Part shown: in pieces, positions 1 through 10,200 of the stretch
Numbering within the stretch: the first letter of the stretch is position 1
Layout: the number at the start of each line of letters is the position of its first letter
Assembly (NCBI GenBank): GCA_038243585.1
Contig: JBBSQY010000014.1
Coordinates: 1 to 64,000, forward strand
Length of the DNA stretch: 64,000 nucleotides
Source of the DNA: Candidatus Sumerlaeales bacterium
Lineage (GTDB): Bacteria; Sumerlaeota; Sumerlaeia; Sumerlaeales; Sumerlaeaceae
Reading direction: 5' to 3'
Position numbers and translations under genes: made by a program
The notes under the pieces: model-generated
What the model was told of the DNA's origin: nothing
Database searches by the model: none
The model's input: the letters and a program-made list of their open reading frames with translations, nothing else

Positions 1-2
1 CC

Positions 3-1256
3 CAAGAAGGAACGTTTGAACGTAATTTTCAAGACAACGCTCCTCAAAATCGCTACGGTCGCAAGCCTGCCCGTGGCTCTATGTCGTATAATCGCTCCAG
101 CAATCGCGCTATCCGCGCGCTTGTTTTGGCCCCAACCCGTGAATTGGCCGGCCAGATAAACGACAGCTTCCGTGCATACGGAAAAAAGACCTCCATTCGC
201 ACCGCCGCCGTATATGGTGGCGTACCGCAGGGTCGTCAACTCCATGAGCTTCGCAGCGGAATCGACGTGCTTGTCGCATGTCCCGGCCGCCTGCTTGATC
301 TCATGAACCAAGGTCATATCCGCCTCGACAACGTAGAGTACGTCGTCCTTGACGAAGCGGATCGCATGCTGGATATGGGATTTGTTCCCGATATCCGCAA
401 GATCCTGTCCAAGGTCCCGGAAAAACGTCAGAGCATGCTCTTCTCGGCTACAATGCCAAATGAGATCGAGCGCCTTGTGAAAGATTTCCTTACAAACCCA
501 GTTCGGATCGAAATTGCGCCAGTTTCCACGTTGGCGTGCCATGTTGATCATGAAGCATACTATGTTAACCAGGGCAACAAACCTGTTCTGCTTAACCACT
601 TGTTGCTGAACGAAGACAATGGACTTATTAACAAAGGGGCAGGACGCGTGCTGGTATTTACCCGCACACGCCGCGCCGCAGACCGTGTAACCGAGCGCCT
701 GGAGAAATCCGGTGTTCGTGCGGAATGCATCCACGGCAGCAAAAGCCAGGCAGCGCGCGAACGCGCCCTGCGTAGCTTTAAGCGTGGAGCCAGCCCGGTA
801 ATGGTAGCAACAGATCTGGCTGCTCGTGGCCTTGATGTCACGAACATCACCCACGTGGTAAACTATGATCTGCCTAACGAACCAGAAACTTTCGTACACC
901 GCATTGGCCGCACGGGCCGCGCGGGCACGTCAGGAATCGCCATATCCTTCTGTGATTCCACAGAAGCAGGATTCATGACCCACATCGAAAAGCTTATTCG
1001 TGTCAGCCTACCTAAGAATGAAGACCATCCTTATCACTGCAACGTGGCCCTTTCGGCACATCAACGCATGGTAAGCCGGCCTTCAGGTCCCCCTCGCAGC
1101 AACCAGAACTTCGGCCGGAAGAAACCTTACGGTGGCGGTTATGGCCAGAGCCAGGGACGGCGCAACGGCGGCAGCTCAGCCGGTGGCGAACGCCAGTGGC
1201 AAAAACCTGCACCGCATCGTAAAGACCGCGGTCCACGGTTTGACAACCAGGACTAA
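3..1256 (+). CDS. rhlE: DEAD-box RNA helicase, RhlE-like (5'-truncated by window edge)
   Basis: Motifs LAPTRELA, DEAD, SAT, ARGLD, HRIGRTGRAG and an RG-rich tail. The frame is open back to nt 3; the Q motif and Walker A lie upstream of the window. Confidence 0.88.
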   Translation, partial: QEGTFERNFQDNAPQNRYGRKPARGSMSYNRSSNRAIRALVLAPTRELAGQINDSFRAYGKKTSIRTAAVYGGVPQGRQLHELRSGIDVLVACPGRLLDLMNQGHIRLDNVEYVVLDEADRMLDMGFVPDIRKILSKVPEKRQSMLFSATMPNEIERLVKDFLTNPVRIEIAPVSTLACHVDHEAYYVNQGNKPVLLNHLLLNEDNGLINKGAGRVLVFTRTRRAADRVTERLEKSGVRAECIHGSKSQAARERALRSFKRGASPVMVATDLAARGLDVTNITHVVNYDLPNEPETFVHRIGRTGRAGTSGIAISFCDSTEAGFMTHIEKLIRVSLPKNEDHPYHCNVALSAHQRMVSRPSGPPRSNQNFGRKKPYGGGYGQSQGRRNGGSSAGGERQWQKPAPHRKDRGPRFDNQD

Positions 1257-1287
1257 GTAGCACTTACAATTCACCATAACATCAACC

Positions 1288-1320
1288 AGGCGGGGCCTCA
1301 AACCCCCGCCTATTTTTTTT
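1288..1320 (+). terminator. Rho-independent terminator after helicase
   Basis: aggcgggg-cctcaaac-ccccgcct stem followed by a T-run. Confidence 0.85.
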
Positions 1321-1554
1321 GCTCAAAAAAGCTGGTGTTTGAACTGAACAAGCAGGATAAACATGCCTGTTTAAACTCGCCATTTATCCCTCTGGAGCGT
1401 CGGGGGCTTGCCACCGACACTCCAGAATGTAAGAAGAAATTTTTTATGCTCCAATGAAATTCGCATTTAGAAGCATTCCCCACATACACTGTACCCTCGT
1501 CAGGTGTCATATCCGGGGGGATGATTTTATTACGGAAAACAGGTACTAAAACTG

Positions 1555-2961
1555 ATGAAACGTTTTGCCCCACTGCTACTGATCACCTTGTTCACAACCC
1601 TCGCCGGCGGCGCATTTGCGGCCACCAATGTACAGGCAAACATCGAAGCGCAGGGCTTGATACTTACCCTTGCCGGCATCTTCTTTGGCGGAATGCTCGT
1701 CAGCATGACGCCGTGCGTTTACCCCATGATTCCCATTACTCTCAGTATCATCGGCGCGCGCAGCGCGGAATCCAAGCCCATCGTCGGATTTCTTCGCTCG
1801 TTTGTATTTGTGCTTGGAATTGCCACGATTTATACGGTGCTGGGACTAATCGTCGCGCTGAGCGGCGGCACAATCGGGTTCCTGCTTCAGAGCAAAGGCT
1901 TTCTGATCGTTCTTTCCGTGTTATTTATTGTGATGGGTCTTAGTATGCTCGGGCTCTTCAACCTGCAATTGCCCCCGGCTGTTGCATCTAAACTGCAAGG
2001 CAGCGGCAACCGCGGTGGCTTTCTTGGCGCGTTTCTTCTGGGGATTACCACGGGAGTGGTAGCATCCCCTTGCGGCAGCCCGGTATTGGTTGGCATACTG
2101 GCATTGGCCGGGGCAGGTGGCCAGGCGATATTGGGCGCCATTATGCTGTTTACCTATGCCTTGGGGATCGGAATGTTATTTTTGGTCCTCGGTACGTTTC
2201 CCTCATTTTTGAGCAAGGTCCCCAAGTCCGGCGTCTGGATGGAAGACGTCAAAAAAATGCTGGGCCTGGTGTTGATCATAGCTTCGTTTTATTATCTAGG
2301 TTTGGCGTTGCCGAAGATGCTGGTGTGGGGAATGCTGATCGCCACCTGTCTGATGTTCGCCGTGGTTATTGCGATCAAAAGCAAAGAACGCGAAACGTGG
2401 CCAAAACTGCTATGGGCGTGGCGGGTGACCGGCCTTATTATGCTGGGACTGGCCATGTATGCGGCATTTGTCTCTGTACCTTCGCTGATTGCGGCCGACA
2501 CATTTGCCAAAGAAAAAGCCGCTGGTATAGACCGATTAACGGAAGGCGCAATAATAGGGACTTCGACCATGGATGGTGATACGTCCGCGACGCAGACGTT
2601 GACAGCTCCCCCTGCGGCATGGTTGACAGATGAGCCTGCCGCCCTGGCGATGGGGAAAGAATACGGCTGGCCGATCATGATCGATTTTGGTGCAGAATGG
2701 TGCGCCGCCTGCAAAGAACTGGAACACAAAACTTTCGCCGACCCCGCTGTCGAGAAAGTGCTGGCCGGTTATATCAAGGTGCGTATCGACTGCACGGAAG
2801 AGACGCCCGAGAACACCGCGCTTCAAAAGAAATACAACAGTTTGTCGCTGCCAACGGTCGCTTTCATCGACGCGCAGGGAAACCATCTACCTGATTTAAC
2901 GCTCTACGAATTTGAAGCCCCCGCGGAGTTCATAAAGCGCCTGTCGCAGGTGACAGACTAG
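1555..2961 (+). CDS. dsbD: DsbD/CcdA-family thiol:disulfide interchange protein (TM domain + C-terminal thioredoxin)
   Basis: TPCVYP and SPCGSP transmembrane cysteines; DFGAEWCAACK thioredoxin motif; no N-terminal alpha domain visible. Confidence 0.85.
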   Translation: MKRFAPLLLITLFTTLAGGAFAATNVQANIEAQGLILTLAGIFFGGMLVSMTPCVYPMIPITLSIIGARSAESKPIVGFLRSFVFVLGIATIYTVLGLIVALSGGTIGFLLQSKGFLIVLSVLFIVMGLSMLGLFNLQLPPAVASKLQGSGNRGGFLGAFLLGITTGVVASPCGSPVLVGILALAGAGGQAILGAIMLFTYALGIGMLFLVLGTFPSFLSKVPKSGVWMEDVKKMLGLVLIIASFYYLGLALPKMLVWGMLIATCLMFAVVIAIKSKERETWPKLLWAWRVTGLIMLGLAMYAAFVSVPSLIAADTFAKEKAAGIDRLTEGAIIGTSTMDGDTSATQTLTAPPAAWLTDEPAALAMGKEYGWPIMIDFGAEWCAACKELEHKTFADPAVEKVLAGYIKVRIDCTEETPENTALQKKYNSLSLPTVAFIDAQGNHLPDLTLYEFEAPAEFIKRLSQVTD

Positions 2962-3077
2962 TGGCTGAATGCTTATCGGAAAATTGATTATAGGCGTGGG
3001 CGGCCGCGCTGATACTACGAAGCAGACAGCTCTGATTACTTGGACGGTTGGGCACGCGCGCTCCCGGGAAATTTACC

Positions 3078-3293
3078 GTGCCGCACCTCGGTAAAATGCT
3101 GATCATCGGTGGAATCCTGATGGCGCTGGCCGGCGTGTACGTCTTGTATGGCCCACGCATACCATGGTTCGGGCGCTTGCCGGGTGATATTCGTATCGAA
3201 GGAAAGAACAGCTCATTCTATTTCCCCATTGTCACTTGCATTATCATCAGCGTAGTTCTCAGCATCATACTGAACCTGTTTCGAGGACGCTGA
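3078..3293 (+). CDS. DUF2905 family small membrane protein
   Basis: GRLPGDIRIE..FYFPIVTCIIISVVLS signature; GTG start chosen by inspection. Confidence 0.8.
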   Translation: MPHLGKMLIIGGILMALAGVYVLYGPRIPWFGRLPGDIRIEGKNSSFYFPIVTCIIISVVLSIILNLFRGR

Positions 3294-3297
3294 ATCT

Positions 3298-4113
3298 ATG
3301 ACATCTCCCGCAGAAGCCCCTGACGTAGCCGCTATCGACACCGATCCGTCGCAGGCGCCTGGAGTTCTGATCGAGCACCTCACAAAGACTTACGAAGACC
3401 TGACAGCGGTTGACGACCTGAACCTTGTCGTTCCTCGCGGAGAATTCCTATGCTGCCTCGGACCCAACGGCGCCGGAAAAACGACGACCATCAAAATGCT
3501 CACCGGTCTTATTCGGCCCACAAGCGGACGGGTAATGGTGGCTGGCTATGATGTGCAGAAACAACCCGTGGAGGCGAAACGCCGTATCGGTTACATACCG
3601 GACCAGCCGTATCTCTACGAGAAACTGAGCGGCCGCGAATTCTTCCATTTCGTTGGCGATTTGTTTTCTGTTCCGCGTGAGCTGCAAGAGGAGAAGCTGA
3701 ACTATTTCATGGATCTGTTTAGCATCAAAGGCGTCGCCGACAAACTGATCGAAGGCTACAGCCATGGCATGAGGCAGAAACTTGTGATCAGCGCCAGCCT
3801 GATGCACGATCCGGAAGTGGTGGTGGTGGATGAGCCGATGGTAGGTCTGGATCCCAAAAGCGCGCGGACGGTGAAGCAGCTCCTTAGCCGCCAGACAGAG
3901 ATGGGGCGCACGGTATTTCTGTGTACCCACGTGCTCAGCGTGGCGGAAGAACTGGCCGACCGCATTGCAATTTTCAATTACGGTCGGGTGATTTTTTTGG
4001 GTACCATGAACGACCTGCGCGAGCGTTTGGGCAAAGACGACAGCCTGGAGCAGCTTTTTCTGGAACTGACAAAAGACGCGGATGAAGTGACTGGCAGTGT
4101 CCCGATAGTTTAA
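3298..4113 (+). CDS. ABC transporter ATP-binding protein (ABC-2 type)
   Basis: GPNGAGKTT Walker A, YSHGMRQK signature, VVVDEP Walker B; no permease adjacent. Confidence 0.9.
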   Translation: MTSPAEAPDVAAIDTDPSQAPGVLIEHLTKTYEDLTAVDDLNLVVPRGEFLCCLGPNGAGKTTTIKMLTGLIRPTSGRVMVAGYDVQKQPVEAKRRIGYIPDQPYLYEKLSGREFFHFVGDLFSVPRELQEEKLNYFMDLFSIKGVADKLIEGYSHGMRQKLVISASLMHDPEVVVVDEPMVGLDPKSARTVKQLLSRQTEMGRTVFLCTHVLSVAEELADRIAIFNYGRVIFLGTMNDLRERLGKDDSLEQLFLELTKDADEVTGSVPIV

Positions 4114-4300
4114 CGCAACCGCTGCATTAAGGACCAGTCGCTTAGATTGAGAAGCAGCTCGATGCGCCTCTCCGCATTTTTTCCGAACAATCGCTTTGAC
4201 ACCCTTATTGCAAATCATTAGCGCTGTCCAGGTATGATGTTTCTGAACGCCGGGGCGGTTTCCTCGGTCTATTGATTTTTTCTTTTGGAGTCTCGTCCCA

Positions 4301-4501
4301 ATGGCATTACACGCAAGCCGCGGCACGCGGACCTTCTGGTACTTGATGTTCCTGGTGGTGGTACTCATCAGCGTTTGCTGGCCGCTGTTTAACCGCATTG
4401 AACCCCGGCTTATGGGAATTCCGTTTTTTTACTGGTTCCAAACCGTGTTGGTAGCAGTGAGCGCCGCGGTAACAGGGCTGGCTTTCCGCGCCCGAGTATA
4501 A
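4301..4501 (+). CDS. DUF3311 family small membrane protein (SSS transporter accessory)
   Basis: NRIEPRLMGIPFFYWFQ motif; directly upstream of the SSS permease. Confidence 0.8.
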   Translation: MALHASRGTRTFWYLMFLVVVLISVCWPLFNRIEPRLMGIPFFYWFQTVLVAVSAAVTGLAFRARV

Positions 4502-4570
4502 ATAGCGCGGCGCACGCGCTCAATGCGGAGTGATCACTATTAATTTTACAACATCTTAGGACTAACAACA

Positions 4571-6079
4571 ATGGATTCAACAGCAATTTGGGTATTCGCA
4601 GGCTTGTTTGCGCTGGTAACTGTGCTCGGTTTCGTGGCGTCCCGCTGGCGCGCTGCGGATCTTAATCATCTGGACGAATGGGGTCTGGGCGGTCGGCGGT
4701 TTGGCACCATGGTAACCTGGTTTCTTCTCGGCGGCGACCTCTATACCGCGTACACGTTTATCGCCGTGCCGGCGCTGGTTTTTGGCAAGGGCGCTATTGG
4801 CTTTTTCGTGCTGCCGTACGCCCTTATGATTTTCCCATTATTCTACGTCGTTTTTCCCAGATTCTGGTCTGTCGCACGCAAGCACGGCTTTGTGACTGCG
4901 TCAGATTTTGTGCGTGCCCGTTATGATAGTCCTACTCTCGCGCTGCTTATCGCCCTCACCGGCATCCTTGCAATTATGCCCTACATCGCGCTGCAACTGG
5001 TCGGCATGGAAGTGGTCATCGGCGCGCTTGGTTTTCATGGCCACATTCCCATCATTGTCGCCTTTGCCATCCTGGCCGCCTACACGTACACCAGCGGCCT
5101 GCGTGCGCCCGCGCTTATTGCCATTGTAAAAGATTTGCTCATCTATATCGTTGTTATTGCGGCAGTCATAATCATCCCGGCCAAACTTGGGGGATATGAT
5201 AATATTGTAGCCGCCGTGCCGCCCGAAAAGCTGCTGCTACAGCCAGGACAAGGGTTTTCCTATGCAACCCTGGCCATAGGTTCAGCCGTGGCGCTGTTCC
5301 TGTATCCCCATTCGATTACCGGCCTGCTCAGTGCCGGAAGTGTTAAGGTAATTAAGCGCAACATGGCAATGTTGCCCGCCTACACCGTCGCCCTTGCGCT
5401 GGTGGCAGCGCTCGGTTACATGGCCCTGGCGTCAAATGTGGCCGATAATCCCGCATATGCGGACGGCTTCAATCGCTACGGGCCAAACTACGCCGTGCCG
5501 GCACTGTTTCTCCACTGGTTTCCCTCGTGGTTCGCTGGCGTGGCTTTTGCCGCCATTGCTATTGGGGCCCTGGTGCCTGCCGCCATTATGTCCATTGCAG
5601 CGGCCAATCTTTACACTCGAAACATCCATAAGGAATTCTTTCGCCCAAACTGCTCCCACAAGGACGAAGCCGATGTGGCCAAGCTTGTGTCGCTGCTCGT
5701 GAAATTCGGCGCGCTCCTTTTCATTCTAGCGCTGCCGCAACAGTATGCGATTCAGTTGCTACTCCTCGGCGGTATCTGGATCATTCAGACGCTTCCCGCG
5801 GTCCTCATTGGCTTGTATACCCGCCGACTACACTCCAACGCACTGATTATCGGCTGGGTCGTAGGCATGGGCAGCGGCACCTGGATGGCCGCCAGCCAGA
5901 ACTTCAGCAGCAATTTCCCGTTGCCCATCGGCGGAACAACCTTGACCGGCTACGCAGCCATTTACGCACTCATCCTGAACCTGGCGACAGCTCTGGTTCT
6001 CTCAGCGGCAGCAACTGCCATGGGGGCCCAGCGTGGGGCGGATCTCACAAAAGAAGAAGACTATGCCGTGGCGGATTAA
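4571..6079 (+). CDS. mctP: Sodium:solute symporter, MctP-like monocarboxylate permease
   Basis: EWGLGGRRFG..WFLLGGDLYTAYTF motif, multi-pass hydrophobic profile, DUF3311 partner. Confidence 0.8.
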   Translation: MDSTAIWVFAGLFALVTVLGFVASRWRAADLNHLDEWGLGGRRFGTMVTWFLLGGDLYTAYTFIAVPALVFGKGAIGFFVLPYALMIFPLFYVVFPRFWSVARKHGFVTASDFVRARYDSPTLALLIALTGILAIMPYIALQLVGMEVVIGALGFHGHIPIIVAFAILAAYTYTSGLRAPALIAIVKDLLIYIVVIAAVIIIPAKLGGYDNIVAAVPPEKLLLQPGQGFSYATLAIGSAVALFLYPHSITGLLSAGSVKVIKRNMAMLPAYTVALALVAALGYMALASNVADNPAYADGFNRYGPNYAVPALFLHWFPSWFAGVAFAAIAIGALVPAAIMSIAAANLYTRNIHKEFFRPNCSHKDEADVAKLVSLLVKFGALLFILALPQQYAIQLLLLGGIWIIQTLPAVLIGLYTRRLHSNALIIGWVVGMGSGTWMAASQNFSSNFPLPIGGTTLTGYAAIYALILNLATALVLSAAATAMGAQRGADLTKEEDYAVAD

Positions 6080-6087
6080 GACGATGC

Positions 6088-6170
6088 ATCGGGCTTCCAG
6101 CCCTCAATGCAATGCGCTGGTAACCTGGGCCTGCGGCCCAGTCCGCTCATGCGAACGAGCCTTCGGCCCT
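6088..6170. repeat. REP-like tripartite palindromic element
   Basis: Hairpins gggct-tcc-agccc, ctgggcc-tgc-ggcccag and gagcc-ttc-ggccc between convergent genes. Confidence 0.55.
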
Positions 6171-6180
6171 AAATACGATA

Positions 6181-6240
6181 TGAGAAGGAAATATGCTCCG
6201 ATGTACTGAAAGGAAATAAGCTCCGATGCGCTGAGCGGAA
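6181..6240. repeat. Imperfect ~25-bp tandem repeat (2 copies + partial)
   Basis: tgagaaggaaatatgctccgatgtac / tgaaaggaaataagctccgatgcgc / tgagcggaa. Confidence 0.6.
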
Positions 6241-6285
6241 AACTAACTCTTTAGGAACAAAGACAATTGCCGTCAAAATCCATCA

Positions 6286-6921
6286 TCACATGTTCATCTG
6301 CCGCTTTTGCGTCCACAGTACGTCGCCCCGGCTGATCGTACCGTTTGTGGCGTCGTAGCTGGCCTGGCCCTCGCCGACGATAGTATCCGGGCCCTTCATA
6401 TCCGGGCCGCTTGAATGAATGCGCCATGATCCATGCTGATTGCGCAGATCGTTAAATGCCATCTGATACCCGCCAGTAATTCTGCTTACCGCATGGTCCC
6501 AGTTTACGTACCAGTACTCCTTCGTTTCTGGCGACTCGATGTTGCCGCCTTTGCCAAAGACGTCTTTCGGCGGCTGGCTGAGGTAGGACACTGGCGTCGT
6601 CAGCGGGTTGTTGCCCATAAATGGTGGAGATACGAAAATGTTGATCATGTCTCCGCCGACATGGAAACTCCAACCGTTTTCCGCATCATCGTTTTGCACA
6701 TAATGATACGCCGGGTAAGACGAGTAATCTGTTCTATAAAACTCAAGACCGGTCGCCACGGTGCGCAGATCAGACTTAGCCCTGGCCACCTTCGCCCGTG
6801 TCTGAGCCTCCAGGAAATTGACGACTGCTATTCCGGCAAGAATGGCTATGATTGCGACCACTATAAGAAGCTCGATCAGCGTAAAACCGCGCCGAAATAA
6901 ATTTAAGCTATGTGGTTGCAT
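6286..6921 (-). CDS. Prepilin-type N-terminal cleavage/methylation domain protein (GspG-like pseudopilin)
   Basis: RRG|FTLIELLIVVAIIAILAGIA class III signal; SGPD and YDATNGTISRGD C-terminal motifs. Confidence 0.88.
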   Translation of the reverse strand: MQPHSLNLFRRGFTLIELLIVVAIIAILAGIAVVNFLEAQTRAKVARAKSDLRTVATGLEFYRTDYSSYPAYHYVQNDDAENGWSFHVGGDMINIFVSPPFMGNNPLTTPVSYLSQPPKDVFGKGGNIESPETKEYWYVNWDHAVSRITGGYQMAFNDLRNQHGSWRIHSSGPDMKGPDTIVGEGQASYDATNGTISRGDVLWTQKRQMNM

Positions 6922-7208
6922 TCTGACACATTCCTGTCATTTGCATTATGGTGTGTAGCAGCAGGTCTTAAACATTTGGCCCTTGTTACGCTGGCGCTTA
7001 GCCTACACAAGCCGTTCACACGTCGGGCAGGTGAGGCCTCCGGCGTAATGGACTTCGCGAGCAATTTCTTCTGCGCTGATAGTGTGTTCAATAGCGGGCG
7101 CGACATAAGGTGTTAAGGCACCAGGCCCCTGTGAAAAGTTATCACTCTGCTTTACAAGATCCGTATCTGTTGTCATTGGGTGGCAGCGCTTTCTATAAAT
7201 TTAGATCA

Positions 7209-7237
7209 GCGGGCACCTGGTATTCCCAGGCGCCCGC
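7209..7237 (-). terminator. GC-rich hairpin just downstream of the giant gene (possible terminator)
   Basis: gcgggcacctgg-tattc-ccaggcgcccgc; weak U-tail. Confidence 0.45.
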
Positions 7238-7254
7238 CATTGGAGAAGTTTTAC

Positions 7255-10200
7255 TTAGTTCGGTCCTGATGCGGTATTGTTCAATTTGTTGCATTCAAGC
7301 GCTATTCCCTCAGCGTCAACGACCGCGATGAGATAGCGACCGCGAGGATCCTGGTCGGGCCGCAGCTTTACCTTGATGTTAACTTTTTTCGATTTCTTGC
7401 CCGGGCACAATGGCTTCAGGGCTTTGACGGACAGGAACTCGTCCGACGAGTCCGGAATTCTGTCGTCGGACAGATAAAGTTGAACCAACGTCGCCGGGGC
7501 GCACTCCGTGCCGATATTGCTTACGGCTATTCTGGATTGAACGCTGAACTTCCACTCCCCTTTCTTCTTATTGTATTTACAGATGGCCCGAGCCTTTGTC
7601 ATCTGCGCCGTCAGATCCGCGCAGTTGGACATTACGCCCACCACGGTACTGAGTTCCACGATGTTGTTCAGCATATCCGGATCCAGCACATCGGAAAGCA
7701 CGCCCGCACGATTAACCAACACGCCGGGTGCAAGAGGGGTCACGGTAATCGTAAGCGTAATAGATTCGCCGACCTCAAGAGCGACACCCGAGACGGATAC
7801 GGCACGGTCTGCTATGACGGCGGCTCCACGATCCGACGCGGCGGACACAACCGTCACATGATCAGGAAGTACGTCCACCAGCGAGGTCAGTGTGCTGCGG
7901 TCCGGGCCGAGGTTGATTGCTTTTACGGTGTAGGTCAGCGGCTGATTTGCGACCGCCGGATCCGGAGTGGCCGACTTGATGATCATCAGATCAGCGCCGG
8001 GGGTCGGCACGATGGCGACGGGCGTTACCGCGGATGCTGAGTTGTTGATGGTAGTCGCCTCTGACAGCGGGCTTGAGACGCTTGCCGTGTTTCTGATTTC
8101 GCCGACAGCGCCAGTACGAACGACAGTGGTGACGGTGACCGTCGCCGACTGATCCGCCGCGAGCCCCTGCAGGAAGGCCGTAAGATTGTTGCCGTCCAGT
8201 TGGGTTGTCCAGGGGCCTGAAGCATCCACGGACTGGACTTCCAGTTCTGCAGGGAGCAGGTCGGCAAGGGTGATGTCTGTGGCGTCATCCGGTCCGAGAT
8301 TGGTGACTCCGATGGTGTAAACCAGAGTCCCACCCACCTGCACAGCAGCAGGCGACGCCTGCATGGTGATGGCAAGGTCGTACTGTGAAAATGGCGCCGT
8401 AATACTCACATAAGCAATGTCATCGTTATTGATTGGGTTTGGATCATTTGTCTGGGAAAATACTTCAGCTAAATTATAAATGAAGCCGATTTCCCGGGCT
8501 CGTGCTACTACTGTCAGTCTCGCCACTTCCTGAGATTGCAGCTCGCTATAAGTTACCGATGCCCCGGACAGTGACGAAGTCAACATTCCCGTTGATGCGC
8601 TGGCAGAGACCAGTTCCAGATTTGGAGGCAGCGTGTCAACAAGCCGGACCGACCTACTTGGGTCAGGACCATTATTGGTAACTGTAATTTCAAACGTTAC
8701 AATTTCACCCAGTACAATATCTCGGGCTGATGCCGTTTTCGTTACATCCAGATCGGCAGCTATTGCGGGAACCACTGTAACCGCTGCGGATGCTTCATTG
8801 TTTGCTGGATTTAAATCTGGCGTATGTGACGTAACTTTAGCAGTATTTACCAAAGGCCCTAAATATACGACCCTTGCTACTATGTTTAGTGTCGCTGTTT
8901 CTCCAACATTTAAAGTTGGAATAGTTAAAGTTACCTCGCTATTAGATGATCGTACCGTGCCAGTCGACGCATTAGCGGAAATAAGATACGTACCCCAGGG
9001 CAGTGCATCAGTTACCTTGACCATTGTAGCCGGATTTGGCCCGTTATTTGTCGTAACTATCGTAAAATTGACGAATGAGAAGACCACCGCTTCTGAAGCC
9101 GACGCTGATTTACTAACCGACAGATCAGCCTCCTGAAACAGTTGATAACCGAAGGGGTTAGACATGTTCACATCTACGTTTTCTTCAATAAGTATGGAGT
9201 ATGGCATATTTCCTGTCGTCAGTTTAAACCCTGTAGGAAGAGTGTCAGAAATTATGTTCAGTACAGCAATGCCTTCCGGTAAAATAGCTTCAAATTTCCC
9301 AGATGTATCAGATACAAGTATCCTCGTTGTTTGAAGCGAATCAGTAACAAGCAGGGACACGTTCTCTAAGGGGCTCTCTTCGGGTGAAAAGAATCCGTCT
9401 CCATTCAAATCATTAAAAACCGTTCCACGATATAAGCCAGTGGGCACCGCTAGCTTTACGCCAACGGGCTGCGCCGTGGCTGTAGTTGGATTTTCATCAA
9501 GACCGACATCGATGATTTGAACTACGGTATCGGAGGTTGTAACGGTGCTTCCGGGAGGCAGCGTGGAGGTGAGAACTTCCACGCGTTTGCGGCCGGTGAT
9601 GATGGTCGTCGTGTAGCGGCCGTCGGCGTCGGTCATTACCTCTCCGCCTGCTTCAACCACTTGTCTGGCTAGCGCAGGAATCGGCTCGTCAGTAATAGAA
9701 ATCGTAACACCAGGCAGTCCCGGCTCGCCTAAATCCTGCACACCATTGTCGTTCACATCATTAAAGATCTGACCTTCGAGAAATCCGACTCCGACAAAGC
9801 CTACAGGCTCTGCCTCAACGGATTGATTCAGGCCCAGCGTGATAGATTGAGTGGTGTTTTCCGTGGTGACGACAGAGTTCGGGAAGAAGCTTTCCGGAAT
9901 GACGACATAATAGACGCCGGGATCGAGGAGGGCGGTGTAATTGCCCGCGTCGTCGGAAACCTGTGTGAAGATGGCGGAGTCCGAGGCCCGGGTCAGCGTG
10001 ACTGTTGTATCGGGCAATGGGAAATCAAATCCGTCTTTTAGGCCGTTGGCGTTGATATCGAAATATATATGGCCGTGGATGTCCTGAACCGGCGCAGCCT
10101 CGGAAACGGTGACAGTAAATGTGCATGTAGAGGTCGTCCCCGCGGCGTCTGTGGCCGTGCTTTGCACCGTTGTCTGACCAACAGGGAAAGTCGATCCGGA

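Noticed and set aside
6181..6240. Short direct repeats as a possible CRISPR array
   Set aside because: Only about 2.3 abutting imperfect copies, no unique spacers and no cas genes.
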